Shown piece after piece: positions 4,844 to 14,305 of a stretch of DNA of 49,124 nt (positions are counted from its first letter, which is position 1; the number at the start of each line of letters is the position of its first letter). A program made the translations under genes and the position numbers. This DNA is from an uncultured Bacilli bacterium (lineage in GTDB: Bacteria > Bacillota_I > Bacilli_A > RF39 > UBA660): contig CANQVR010000001.1 of the NCBI GenBank assembly GCA_947627375.1, positions 1 to 49,124 of the forward strand, given 5' to 3'. The notes under the pieces were generated by a model that worked only from the letters and a program-made list of their open reading frames with translations, searched no databases and was not told the origin of the DNA.

Positions 4844-6280
4844 CTATTTAACATTTTTAATGTATTCATCAATTGGTACTCCATTAATTTGTACTCTGCC
4901 ACCTTTTCTTTCGTCATAAGCTCCACCAATTGATACACAATTTTTGTATATTGCAATAGCTGGACTACCAGCACCGAGCAAAGTATTGCCACTTATATTC
5001 TCACTTAACTCATCATTTAAAATTACTTCAATAGTAAAATTACTCTCTAAAGTAAAACCACTAGCTCCTAAATCACCTTGTATTTGTTGCTCACAAGTAA
5101 AATCATTATTATTTGTTTTTACATTAAGTGTTGTGTTGCCATTTATCCACTCACTTGATCCTTCTCTTTTATATCTATAAGAAAAAGAAATGGTATTAGC
5201 TTTTACACCAAAATTACCATTCCAAAATTTACCTGAAAATTTCAAAACAACATCTTGCGATGTACCATTTTTTCTTTCAGCAGTTATACTTGTAAAATAA
5301 GGTTTAATATAGTTTATAAAATTTGTTTGTTCTACATTTTTAGTAGATATTTCAGTATTACCTCTGCTATCATATACAGTAAGTGTCATAGTTGGAGTTG
5401 TAATTGCATTTATTGTTAAAGTTTCTTCATAATTTGTAGTTTCTATAAATTGATTAGCATTAGTAAATCTATATTTAGATATAGTAGCTTTCTTTATAGC
5501 AGTTGCTGATGAAGTTATATTAGCAGTAGCATTTGAATAACCATTTATAAATTTTTTATTATCTCCAGTAAGTGCAACTGTTTTTTTATTACTATCATGA
5601 AAATCCCACTCACCTAAAATTGGATTAGCATTAACCATACTTATTGATCTATCAAGATATGATACAAATTGTCTATTGTTTGAATATAACAAATATCTTA
5701 ATGTTGCAGTATTAGTATTTTTTAAATATTCTCTTATTGTATCTCTTTCGTCAGAAGTCAAATTAAATGTATAAGATCCTGTATTTGCTATCCTTCTACT
5801 GAATAAATGTGTATTAGTCGGATTTATTTCTAACTCTGCTATTAAATCAAAATTTCCTGGATTAGAAAAATTAAAACTTGGATTCTCCTCGTCAGTAACA
5901 TTATTAGCGCTAGTCATATTAGCTTGTCTTAAAATTCGTGGTAGTGTAAGTGTACCTCCACAATCTCCATTGACATAAGTAGTCCTAATACTAGCACCAA
6001 TATAAGCATTAAAATTACCATTTCCATCATGTCCAAGAGTAAAATCTCTTTGAATAATAACATGATCTCCACGATTATATCTTGTGCCTATTCCTTGAAG
6101 TCCGCTTGTGTGAACAGATGCTGAACCACTTGACCAATTTATGTAATAACCTGTAACATGAAGTATTCCATAAAATCTAACAGTTGAATAATTACCTATC
6201 GTATTTTGCCCTAATAAATCATAAGCAAGTTCATAACTTGCTGTACTTGCTAATTGTACTATTCCTAATCTTGTTGCCAT
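4844..6280 (-). CDS. Putative tail fibre / receptor-binding structural protein (DUF859-like N-terminus)
   Basis: 478 aa. The N-terminus ...NTIGNYSTVRFYGILHV...HDGNGN...GGTLTLPRI resembles the siphovirus DUF859 pattern as I remember it. It follows the Tal-like gene. Confidence 0.5.
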   Translation of the reverse strand: MATRLGIVQLASTASYELAYDLLGQNTIGNYSTVRFYGILHVTGYYINWSSGSASVHTSGLQGIGTRYNRGDHVIIQRDFTLGHDGNGNFNAYIGASIRTTYVNGDCGGTLTLPRILRQANMTSANNVTDEENPSFNFSNPGNFDLIAELEINPTNTHLFSRRIANTGSYTFNLTSDERDTIREYLKNTNTATLRYLLYSNNRQFVSYLDRSISMVNANPILGEWDFHDSNKKTVALTGDNKKFINGYSNATANITSSATAIKKATISKYRFTNANQFIETTNYEETLTINAITTPTMTLTVYDSRGNTEISTKNVEQTNFINYIKPYFTSITAERKNGTSQDVVLKFSGKFWNGNFGVKANTISFSYRYKREGSSEWINGNTTLNVKTNNNDFTCEQQIQGDLGASGFTLESNFTIEVILNDELSENISGNTLLGAGSPAIAIYKNCVSIGGAYDERKGGRVQINGVPIDEYIKNVK

Positions 6281-6281
6281 A

Positions 6282-8345
6282 TTAGATTTCCTCCTCTATT
6301 CCAGTTATCCAAGTTTGATTGCCAACTTTCATTACCAATAATCCTGATATCTGAGCTATACCTTTAACTTGCAAATCATTTGTAATTATTCCTTTATCCG
6401 TAAATTCACTTATAACTTTATTTGTATTTTTATTAAGTATTCTAGTTCCATCAGCGTCTGCTCTAAAATATGTATTCATTGAACTTGATTCTATTTGAAT
6501 ACCTTTACCTATTTGAACAGTATCGGTAGTTGTTTCATTTATGCTATGACAATATGGTTGTAATACATAACCAGGATTACCCATTAAATTACATATATAA
6601 CAACTTGCATCACTATCACTGTCAAAAGTAATTGTAAGAGTATTATCTTTTACTTCTATTGTCCTTGAAAAATCATAGTAATCACCAAAAGCTTCCTCAT
6701 ACTCTTCATCAAAATAGTAAATATTATCTTCTTCCCAAATAACTGGCTCATCTTCATAATCAATTCTATATTTATCATTATCTAAAAATAGATCGTATTT
6801 AACACCATTGATTGTTACTGAGGTATTGGATAAAAATTTTAATTTTTTATAAAGAAAACCAATTGTATATATACCATTTTTTAAGTTTGTCACAACTTGA
6901 GTATGTTTACCATTGTTGAGTAACCAACAACTCATTTCTCCTGTTACCATTTGAATATTAGTGTTTGTATAAGGTTCTGCTGTTGTATCGTCCCAATAGT
7001 CAAGTCCAAAAAGTCCAATAGAATTCATAAATATATTGTTACCGGAAGTAGATTTAATAGTAAATTCTGAACCAGTTATATTTTGTCTTAAATTAAATAC
7101 TTCTTCTGATATTAATTGCCTATTTCCATCCTCATCTATATAATACTTATTATCTTCTACTTGCGTAGTTATATCATCTACTGTCTGAGTTACATTACTT
7201 AGATTTTCTCGAGTAGCACTTACATCAGTTACTACTCCTTCTATAACTTGATCTTGTTTGTTAACTCTTATTTCAGTATTTCTTACTTCTTTAGCAAGTG
7301 GACTCTTATATTGATATCGTGACTGTGTTTTTGTTTCAGCACTAGATTTAACAGTTTCTTTTATTCCACCATCAACTTGTAAAGAATAATTCAATACAAT
7401 AGTATCGAATTCCTGTTCTTCATTATTCCTTATAGTTACAATATCACCAATTTCATACCAACCATGACCTTCTACACTTAAATCACTAGGATGAAATTTA
7501 AAGCCATGTAATCCATCATATATTTGTTTAATTACGTCTTCTCTTTTTGCATCTAAAAATTGGTTATTATCAATTCTAAATTCAGTAAGACCGTTTTCTT
7601 TAATACTTTCTTCATCTTTCTCAAAGATATCTTCTCCAACTACTGGATCACGACCTAAAATCACATAGTTAATTTCACCATATAATTCTTCTATTTTAAA
7701 TGTTTTTAGATTATTATAAGTTAAAACCTCTAAACTTTCTTTTTTTATTGGATTAAAATAAACTTTATCATCTTGACCGATTATACACATAGAACATGTG
7801 ACTTCTGCTATTTGAGTTAATATATCACGATACGTTGTATCAGTTATATTTTCCCATAGTTCTCTATCTACGGTTATATCTCCATTTAACAAAGTTTCGT
7901 TTCCAAGTTCTAAGTTACATGCTTCGCATATTTTTTTAGTATAAGAAAATATATCAATTGGATATTCCATTTCTATAACTTCATAATTAATCATTGAGTT
8001 AATCATCTTATCATATCCAATTATTTTAGTCGTTTCTTTATCTTCTGAAGTAGATGTTTCGGTTATTAAAAATGAACCATAATCAATATACTCAAACTCA
8101 TTATCTACTGTTCTTACTCCTACAAAAACTTTAACCCACTTATCAAGTAAAATTTCACTATTTAAATATGATACTTCTAGTTTTCTCATTGCTGTTTTAC
8201 AAATAGTTGTTTCTGCACTTAATTTTAAATCTATTAGATAATTGCTAGAAGATATTTTTGTACCATCATCAAGTAATAAATATGCATCCAATTCTTTAAC
8301 TGGTTTTGTCATTGCTTCTTTAAATTTATCACTTATATTAATCAT
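6282..8345 (-). CDS. Tail-associated baseplate hub protein (Tal / prophage-tail endopeptidase-family position)
   Basis: 687-aa ORF, two genes after the tape measure, with an N-terminus typical of phage minor structural proteins. Confidence 0.55.
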   Translation of the reverse strand: MINISDKFKEAMTKPVKELDAYLLLDDGTKISSSNYLIDLKLSAETTICKTAMRKLEVSYLNSEILLDKWVKVFVGVRTVDNEFEYIDYGSFLITETSTSEDKETTKIIGYDKMINSMINYEVIEMEYPIDIFSYTKKICEACNLELGNETLLNGDITVDRELWENITDTTYRDILTQIAEVTCSMCIIGQDDKVYFNPIKKESLEVLTYNNLKTFKIEELYGEINYVILGRDPVVGEDIFEKDEESIKENGLTEFRIDNNQFLDAKREDVIKQIYDGLHGFKFHPSDLSVEGHGWYEIGDIVTIRNNEEQEFDTIVLNYSLQVDGGIKETVKSSAETKTQSRYQYKSPLAKEVRNTEIRVNKQDQVIEGVVTDVSATRENLSNVTQTVDDITTQVEDNKYYIDEDGNRQLISEEVFNLRQNITGSEFTIKSTSGNNIFMNSIGLFGLDYWDDTTAEPYTNTNIQMVTGEMSCWLLNNGKHTQVVTNLKNGIYTIGFLYKKLKFLSNTSVTINGVKYDLFLDNDKYRIDYEDEPVIWEEDNIYYFDEEYEEAFGDYYDFSRTIEVKDNTLTITFDSDSDASCYICNLMGNPGYVLQPYCHSINETTTDTVQIGKGIQIESSSMNTYFRADADGTRILNKNTNKVISEFTDKGIITNDLQVKGIAQISGLLVMKVGNQTWITGIEEEI

Positions 8346-8347
8346 AT

Positions 8348-8722
8348 CTAATAGCTCCTTTTTGAAACAGGTACTAAACTAACTGACATTTTTTTATAAA
8401 GTCCTCTATGTTTATCTAATATATCGGGCTCATAATCACTAGCATAATATTGAGCTATTGTTGTTCCATGTACTCTTACATCAAAAAACTCGACTGTAAA
8501 ATATGCTTGGTCGAGTAATTGTGAAATAAGTGACATTTCATCTTCAGTAGTAATGCCTATTTCTAAACTAATTTTAGGAAAGATACCGATGAGGGTAGCT
8601 CTTACATCTCCATTCATATTTCTATCAGCATCTTTCCATAATTTATTACGTCCAACTTTGTATGTAACTAATTTTGGTATTTTAACACCATTAATTTTTA
8701 GTAAGTCTCCGCTATATATCAT
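8348..8722 (-). CDS. Small tail component in the distal-tail-protein position
   Basis: 124-aa ORF whose start overlaps the tape measure stop (ATGA). Synteny is the only evidence. Confidence 0.45.
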   Translation of the reverse strand: MIYSGDLLKINGVKIPKLVTYKVGRNKLWKDADRNMNGDVRATLIGIFPKISLEIGITTEDEMSLISQLLDQAYFTVEFFDVRVHGTTIAQYYASDYEPDILDKHRGLYKKMSVSLVPVSKRSY

Positions 8723-11172
8723 AGATTAAATGTCACCTCCCCATTGGTTTCAAATAATTTTTTATTTGTACCGTCTATTACCTTATCAATAAGAGTATCA
8801 TCGCCAACATTGATAGTAATATGTTGAGGTGAATCATTATTTCCAGTATTTATTTTTTCAGCTAAATCATCCATCCAACTTGTATTTCTTTCAAGCGGAA
8901 TTACTGCTTCTTTACCAGCCTCACCAATAATTGCAGACGTCGGTTTATCTACAACTCCACCTTCTGCTAATTTAGGAATTTTTGGTATATTAATACCTTT
9001 TCCTCCAACACCAGGTACCCAATCCGGTACCTTAATATGATTTAATCCTGCAATAAAAGAATTTATAGCATCTATTATTACATTAATAGGGAATTTAGCT
9101 AATCCAATTAAAGCATTAAACACACCTCCGAATATATCTTTAATTCCATTCCATGCTTTACTCCAATTACCAGTAAATACTCCAGTAATATAGTCAACCA
9201 AACCACCAAGAGTTTGGAAAATACCTCCTACAGTATCGTAGATAACTGCCAATATACTTCCTAAAACTCCAATAACTAAATTGCTTAACATTGACCATGC
9301 TGGTGATAGTGTGTCTAATAAATAAGATACAATTGGTTGTATGAATTTATTGTATATTTCTAAAGCACCATTAACTAATTTACCTACAAAATCTATGACA
9401 TTATCTATCATACTTTTTAAATGTTCATCCCAAAGCCAAGATAAAGTCTCTAAAAATGGAGTAACAATTGGTTCTAACACATCATCCCAAATTTTTTGAA
9501 ATAATTCTATTGTTTTAACGCAGAATTCTCCTATATTGTCAACAAGTGGTTTACCATATTCGTTCCACTTTTCAACTAACATTCCAGTGAAATCTGCCCA
9601 TATATGTGTGATTATTTGTAAATATGGATCAATTGCATCCTGCCATATAGAATTAAATACTCCACTTATTCCATCTATAATTTGTGGACCCCAAGTATTT
9701 ATTCCTTCTGCCACATCAGTCCATATATTCGTAAATAATGTAGATATATTAGTAAGAATAGTAAAAACATTATCTTGTATGTTTGTCCACGTCATACTCA
9801 TGTTGTTGAATAAATCCGTTCCTAATCTTATTGCTAAATCTTTTACAAAATTAAATTGAGCTTCCAATAACTTAACATAAGCTTGAACAGGTTCACTATT
9901 CCAGATGTCTTTTAAAACGTTACCAACACCTTTAAAGACACCTTTTAAATATTCTGCTATTTCATCTGCTTTGGACTTGGTATTGTCTAGTCCAGTATCA
10001 AAACCACTTAAATCCATGTCTCCAATACCAGTGCTACCGCCACCAGAACCACCGCCTGATCCACTATCATCATTATTAGCTTCGTTTAAAACATTCATTT
10101 CATCAAAAGAAGCAAGTCCATTTAATTCTTTTTTTAGTTTTTTAGCTGAACCAGTAGCTTTGTCTAATCCTCCGGCTGTTGTTCCTCCTGCTGTACTTCC
10201 TAAATTAGCAACTGATTTTTTTACACTATCTACGTTCTTCTTCGTTTTCATACCAAATAAACTTGCAACTGAATTTACTGCCCATACACATGCTTTAACA
10301 AATCCAGCAATGTATGGAATCACTGCATTTATAACTCTTGCAATTCCTTGAAAAAAACTTGCGATATTAGAACGACCTATTGCATTTATAATTTCAGCTA
10401 TTCCTCTAGTAAATGCTGTCTTCATGTTAGTAATTGATGTCCCTATACCACCGGTAGAATTAAAAGCTTGTTCTTCAAAAGATTGAAAACCATTTACTCC
10501 CTCATGATTAAGTTCTACTATAGTTTTCATAAAGTCATTCATAGATACTTTTCCATTACGAAGTTGTTCTCCTAATTGATCAGCACTAACATATCCCATA
10601 GCTTGAGCTACTTGTTTTAATTGACCTGGCATTGCTTGTTGTAAGCTTCTCCATTCCATCATATCCGGTTTTCCTTTTGCATAAGCTTGAGATAATTGCT
10701 CAAGCGCTGATTGTTGTACTTGTGCTGACATACCACCAGCTAAAACTGCATTATTTAAAGCAAGAAACATTTCCGTACTTGCTTTTACATTACCATTCGC
10801 ACTTGTGAATTGTTGTACTGATGCTGCTGCACTATCAAGAGTTGTAGGTAATCCTGTTAATTTATCACTAAGTCTATTTATAGAAGCTTCTGCATCTTCA
10901 CTTCCTACTCCTAAATTAGACATTACATTAGTAAAATTATTAAGTATATCTACTCTAGATACTGCTCCATCTAGACTTCCCGAAATCATTTGTATTCCTT
11001 TGCTTAATAATCCTGTTACAACGTTAGCTTTTAAAAATGAACTAAACATGCTACTACCTGATTTATTAGCTTTGGTTTGTAGTCCTTGGATGTCGCCTTG
11101 CACTTTCTTCATTTCACTACGTATACTATCCGTATTGGCTGTTATTAAGACTTGTAATTCATCTATTGTCAT
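8719..11172 (-). CDS. Tail tape measure protein
   Basis: 817 aa, the largest phage ORF. It has helical and Gly-rich segments (GSGGGSGGGSTG) and W/F-periodic repeats, and follows the G/GT chaperone. Confidence 0.85.
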   Translation of the reverse strand: MTIDELQVLITANTDSIRSEMKKVQGDIQGLQTKANKSGSSMFSSFLKANVVTGLLSKGIQMISGSLDGAVSRVDILNNFTNVMSNLGVGSEDAEASINRLSDKLTGLPTTLDSAAASVQQFTSANGNVKASTEMFLALNNAVLAGGMSAQVQQSALEQLSQAYAKGKPDMMEWRSLQQAMPGQLKQVAQAMGYVSADQLGEQLRNGKVSMNDFMKTIVELNHEGVNGFQSFEEQAFNSTGGIGTSITNMKTAFTRGIAEIINAIGRSNIASFFQGIARVINAVIPYIAGFVKACVWAVNSVASLFGMKTKKNVDSVKKSVANLGSTAGGTTAGGLDKATGSAKKLKKELNGLASFDEMNVLNEANNDDSGSGGGSGGGSTGIGDMDLSGFDTGLDNTKSKADEIAEYLKGVFKGVGNVLKDIWNSEPVQAYVKLLEAQFNFVKDLAIRLGTDLFNNMSMTWTNIQDNVFTILTNISTLFTNIWTDVAEGINTWGPQIIDGISGVFNSIWQDAIDPYLQIITHIWADFTGMLVEKWNEYGKPLVDNIGEFCVKTIELFQKIWDDVLEPIVTPFLETLSWLWDEHLKSMIDNVIDFVGKLVNGALEIYNKFIQPIVSYLLDTLSPAWSMLSNLVIGVLGSILAVIYDTVGGIFQTLGGLVDYITGVFTGNWSKAWNGIKDIFGGVFNALIGLAKFPINVIIDAINSFIAGLNHIKVPDWVPGVGGKGINIPKIPKLAEGGVVDKPTSAIIGEAGKEAVIPLERNTSWMDDLAEKINTGNNDSPQHITINVGDDTLIDKVIDGTNKKLFETNGEVTFNL

Positions 11173-11842
11173 TTTTTAATAACACCTCCTAACAAAATCG
11201 TATTTCTCATTGCTATACTCTCTAAATCTTCACTTGTATGAGAAATAGATTTTCTTTCTTGTTCTTCTAAAAATGGAATTTTGGGATATTTTTTTGGATC
11301 GTTAAAAGCATAAGCTATATATTTACCTAGCATATAATTAAAATTGTCCTTTTCTCTTATTCTTTCTTTTTCTCTTTTTAGAAAGACTTTTTGGTGTTTT
11401 GCATATAATTTTGGAGTTAAAGTCCAAAAATAACCAATATCTAACCCAATAAATATTGCCTCTTCTTCTAAATCTCTCCATTTATCGCCAAAATAAATTA
11501 TAGATTTTCCATTTTTTCTTGTGCTTCGGTTAGACGTTTGTTCTTCATCGCACGTATTTTCTCCACATCTAACCTCCTTGATAAAAAACCATCTTTTATC
11601 AGAGCTTCAGTAATATCTAAAAGCAAGTCATCTTTTTCTCCATCTTTTAAATAATCGTCTATTACATTCATTGCAACATTCTTACTTACTCCATGGACTC
11701 CATTTTCATCAATAAGTCCTTTTTGAATAAATAAAGATAGCATACTAATGCTCGAATCAGATACACAATTTTCAATTGGTACTTTTCTCATTTGTTCTAT
11801 TTCATCTACTTTTGTAGCATTATATTTTAAATTTAATTCCAT
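11169..11842 (-). CDS. Tail assembly chaperone frameshift product (GT-like, -1 at GAAAAAAT, 11511..11518)
   Basis: A -1 frame of about 115 codons is open from the A-run to a TGA overlapping the tape measure ATG (ATGA). It has no start codon or SD of its own. Confidence 0.6.
11498..11842 (-). CDS. Tail assembly chaperone (G-like)
   Basis: 114-aa acidic ORF between the major tail and tape measure genes. An A6 run lies near its 3' end. Confidence 0.7.
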   Translation of the reverse strand: MELNLKYNATKVDEIEQMRKVPIENCVSDSSISMLSLFIQKGLIDENGVHGVSKNVAMNVIDDYLKDGEKDDLLLDITEALIKDGFLSRRLDVEKIRAMKNKRLTEAQEKMENL

Positions 11843-11857
11843 AATCTTTCTCCTTTT

Positions 11858-11894
11858 CTTTATAAAAAAATAAAGGGAGGTATCTCAACCTCCC
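11858..11894 (-). terminator. Intrinsic terminator/attenuator after the major tail gene
   Basis: The minus strand reads GGGAGGT-tgagat-ACCTCCC followed by TTTATTTTTTTAT. Confidence 0.6.
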
Positions 11895-11905
11895 AGTAAT
11901 TAGTC

Positions 11906-12361
11906 TTATTCACTTGCTGATGGTGTATATACTGGTATACCACTTACACGTAAGCTTGCACTAAACCCTACTAATCCATCAGGTGTTGCTTCTGCTGTTT
12001 TAAATGATTTAACAAAAGCCTTTAATTCCCATTTAGCACCACTTGGGAAAGTAACTGTCCAAGCTTCAGTAGATCCTGATTTAATTAAAGCCATCATTTT
12101 TGCAACAGTTTGTTCATCGTTAGTCTTTTTGATATAACCACCAAGACTAACTTCTCCTGCATCAATATCACCTTGCATGAATTCTTTAGCTCTATCGGGA
12201 CTATCTAAAGTAGTAACATCTTGTTCATCAGCTTCAACACCAATTTCACCAATTGATGTTAAACTTCCAACTTCCCAGTCTTCACCCTCTTGACCACTTT
12301 TAGTTTTGGTTAATTTTGTACCAATAGCTTTTATATCGGTATCTAAACTTTTATTTTCCAT
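11906..12361 (-). CDS. Major tail protein
   Basis: 151-aa ORF directly upstream of the chaperone pair, followed by a terminator hairpin. Its size and position are typical of phi13-type major tail proteins. Confidence 0.7.
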   Translation of the reverse strand: MENKSLDTDIKAIGTKLTKTKSGQEGEDWEVGSLTSIGEIGVEADEQDVTTLDSPDRAKEFMQGDIDAGEVSLGGYIKKTNDEQTVAKMMALIKSGSTEAWTVTFPSGAKWELKAFVKSFKTAEATPDGLVGFSASLRVSGIPVYTPSASE

Positions 12362-12382
12362 TAGTATTCTCCTCTCTTATCC

Positions 12383-12709
12383 TTATTTAATAAATCTTGT
12401 ATTAATATGAAAAACATTCCCTATATTAGGAATGTCTGCACTAAAACTTAATTTATAGAGATTTTCTCTCATAATGCTTTCTACTTCATTTAATACTTTG
12501 CTAGCTGTAACACTGTCCTCAGCCCATATATCAATGATAACTTCAATTGATTGATTAATAATTTCATTACTTAAATCAAGATCAACACTATTATCACTAA
12601 CATAAAAAATGATGGCTGGTAATTCGTTAAAAGTATCCGGTTGTATTTGTGATACATAATAATCTAAACTTTTCAGTATGTTATATATATCTTCTTTTGG
12701 TAAATACAT
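12383..12709 (-). CDS. Tail completion / neck protein (gp11-like position)
   Basis: 108-aa ORF between the HK97 gp10-like gene and the major tail gene. Confidence 0.5.
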   Translation of the reverse strand: MYLPKEDIYNILKSLDYYVSQIQPDTFNELPAIIFYVSDNSVDLDLSNEIINQSIEVIIDIWAEDSVTASKVLNEVESIMRENLYKLSFSADIPNIGNVFHINTRFIK

Positions 12710-12712
12710 TTT

Positions 12713-13189
12713 TTATCCTCCTTTAATACTTGATCGTACATTTTCTTTTAAGCTATCTTTAAACATTTGCTTTATACGTCTTTCATTGTTTTTAAGTGCT
12801 GGATACATAAATGGTTGGGCTTTTTGTCCACGTGTAACATAAAAAGTTTCTCCTCCATCGGGTGTATATACCCATGGGGTATTACGATATGATAGATTTA
12901 AACCTTTTACTTTATATGGATAACTACCACTACCTTTTATTCCAGTACCAAACTCAACGTATGGTGCATATTCTAAACTTGTATAGACTCTTCCTTTAGT
13001 GCTTTTATTATTTTTTTCAACACTCATGTGAATAGAGTTTTTTAAAGCACCTGTTTCACTCGGCGCTAAAAGTTTAGCTTGTGCTTCAACCAATGAAACT
13101 GCTTTTTTCATTGTTTCTTCAACATTTAAATTACCAAGCTTATCTAATTTTTTTATTAAACGATCAGTATTTTTTATAGTTACTGCCAT
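12713..13189 (-). CDS. HK97 gp10-family head-tail joining protein
   Basis: 158 aa. The pattern ...LDKLGN...AKLLAPSETGALKNSIH... matches the HK97 gp10 family as I remember it, and the synteny fits. Confidence 0.6.
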   Translation of the reverse strand: MAVTIKNTDRLIKKLDKLGNLNVEETMKKAVSLVEAQAKLLAPSETGALKNSIHMSVEKNNKSTKGRVYTSLEYAPYVEFGTGIKGSGSYPYKVKGLNLSYRNTPWVYTPDGGETFYVTRGQKAQPFMYPALKNNERRIKQMFKDSLKENVRSSIKGG

Positions 13190-13518
13190 TTTGTACCTAC
13201 AACCAACAAGTGACTATCACTAGGTATTCTATCTACTACTTTATAAATTATTTCTTGATATTGAATTATGTCATTTACTTTAACATTCTCAAAATCAGTA
13301 GTAATAGATATATCTATCTCATAATCTAAACCATAGTCTTCTTGAATTCTTTTACAACTAGAAAAACTTACATTACCTTTAAAAGTATCTTTTACATCAT
13401 AGCCCTTTGTAGTTACTCCTCCTTCTTTATCAATAGTACTTTTTTGTTCTAATATTGATATTTCTTTATCGTAAAATACACTAGCTATTTTGTTCTTCAT
13501 TGTCTTTGGAATGTACAA
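13180..13518 (-). CDS. Head closure / head-tail adaptor protein
   Basis: 112 aa. The TTG start is preceded by AGGAGGG at 6 nt, and the synteny fits. Confidence 0.55.
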   Translation of the reverse strand: MYIPKTMKNKIASVFYDKEISILEQKSTIDKEGGVTTKGYDVKDTFKGNVSFSSCKRIQEDYGLDYEIDISITTDFENVKVNDIIQYQEIIYKVVDRIPSDSHLLVVGTKWQ

Positions 13519-13909
13519 CGTTGACCCTCCTATAACGTGCTAATAAAGAAGAAAAACCAGTGAACAATTCTTCATCACTGGCTGTTGTAAAATATTTTTT
13601 TACTTCATTACTATAAGATATAGACTGACCATTGTCACTTATTGATACAATGTTCTCTTCTATTCCTGTATTATCTTCCTTACTTATTTCTACCTCTTTA
13701 AGACACTTTTTAAGTCCAGTGTTAATTACCTTTGCTAGTACACGGTATAATTCTTTAGGAATATCATCTCTTCTCAAATATAACATTACTCTATCTAGCA
13801 TTTCTTCTATAACAAAATCAATTAAACCTGTATTATTGTTTTCTATTTCATCAATATTAGTATTTATAATTTTTAAGTATTCTTTTATTTTTTCTATTGC
13901 TTCTTCCAT
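13481..13909 (-). CDS. Head-tail connector (gp6-like) protein
   Basis: 142-aa helical acidic protein, the first gene after the capsid region. Confidence 0.55.
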   Translation of the reverse strand: MEEAIEKIKEYLKIINTNIDEIENNNTGLIDFVIEEMLDRVMLYLRRDDIPKELYRVLAKVINTGLKKCLKEVEISKEDNTGIEENIVSISDNGQSISYSNEVKKYFTTASDEELFTGFSSLLARYRRVNVVHSKDNEEQNS

Positions 13910-13930
13910 ATAAATACCACCTCAACTTTT

Positions 13931-14305
13931 CTATTCACTAGGACTTAATGTTAGTCCTGTTAAATCCAACACTTTATTTGTTTCACCATTTTTCAAAGTG
14001 ATTTTTTGAGTGTTGGAATGTAATTGAACTACTAATATTCCATCTTCATCAAAAGTACCTTTTCCTTTTGTTTTAGCTTCGGATAATTCCCAACTAACAG
14101 TATCACCTTTAGTTGCTTCATCGCATTTAATAGCTAAGAAGTTTCCTTTAGCATTTCTTGAAAACTTAGGAAAACTCTCAACATATTTAGATGTACCAAT
14201 TAATTTATTCTCTTGAATTTGAATATTGTCTTGTAGTTCAGTTACATTTATCCCAAGAACTTCGCCCTCGGGTAAAGTTACTGTTACCTTTTTAGAGGGC
14301 TCGCT
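13931..14305 (-). CDS. Capsid C-terminal extension ORF, probably decoded by a +1 frameshift from the major capsid gene
   Basis: 124 sense codons with no ATG anywhere, no SD, and a 5' overlap with the capsid gene. It lies in the +1 frame relative to the capsid, and the junction is CCC-TAG. Confidence 0.55.
   Translation of the reverse strand, partial: SEPSKKVTVTLPEGEVLGINVTELQDNIQIQENKLIGTSKYVESFPKFSRNAKGNFLAIKCDEATKGDTVSWELSEAKTKGKGTFDEDGILVVQLHSNTQKITLKNGETNKVLDLTGLTLSPSE

Noticed and set aside
10020-10075. Local GC-rich patch in the tape measure gene
   Set aside because: It simply encodes a Gly/Ser-rich linker (GSGGGSGGGSTG). There is no codon-usage switch comparable to that at 22611..22712.
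11906-11925. Possible PSA-like +1 frameshift also at the end of the major tail gene
   Set aside because: The gene ends ...AGT GAA TAA with no shifty CCC. No extended open alternative frame follows, and a terminator hairpin lies immediately downstream.
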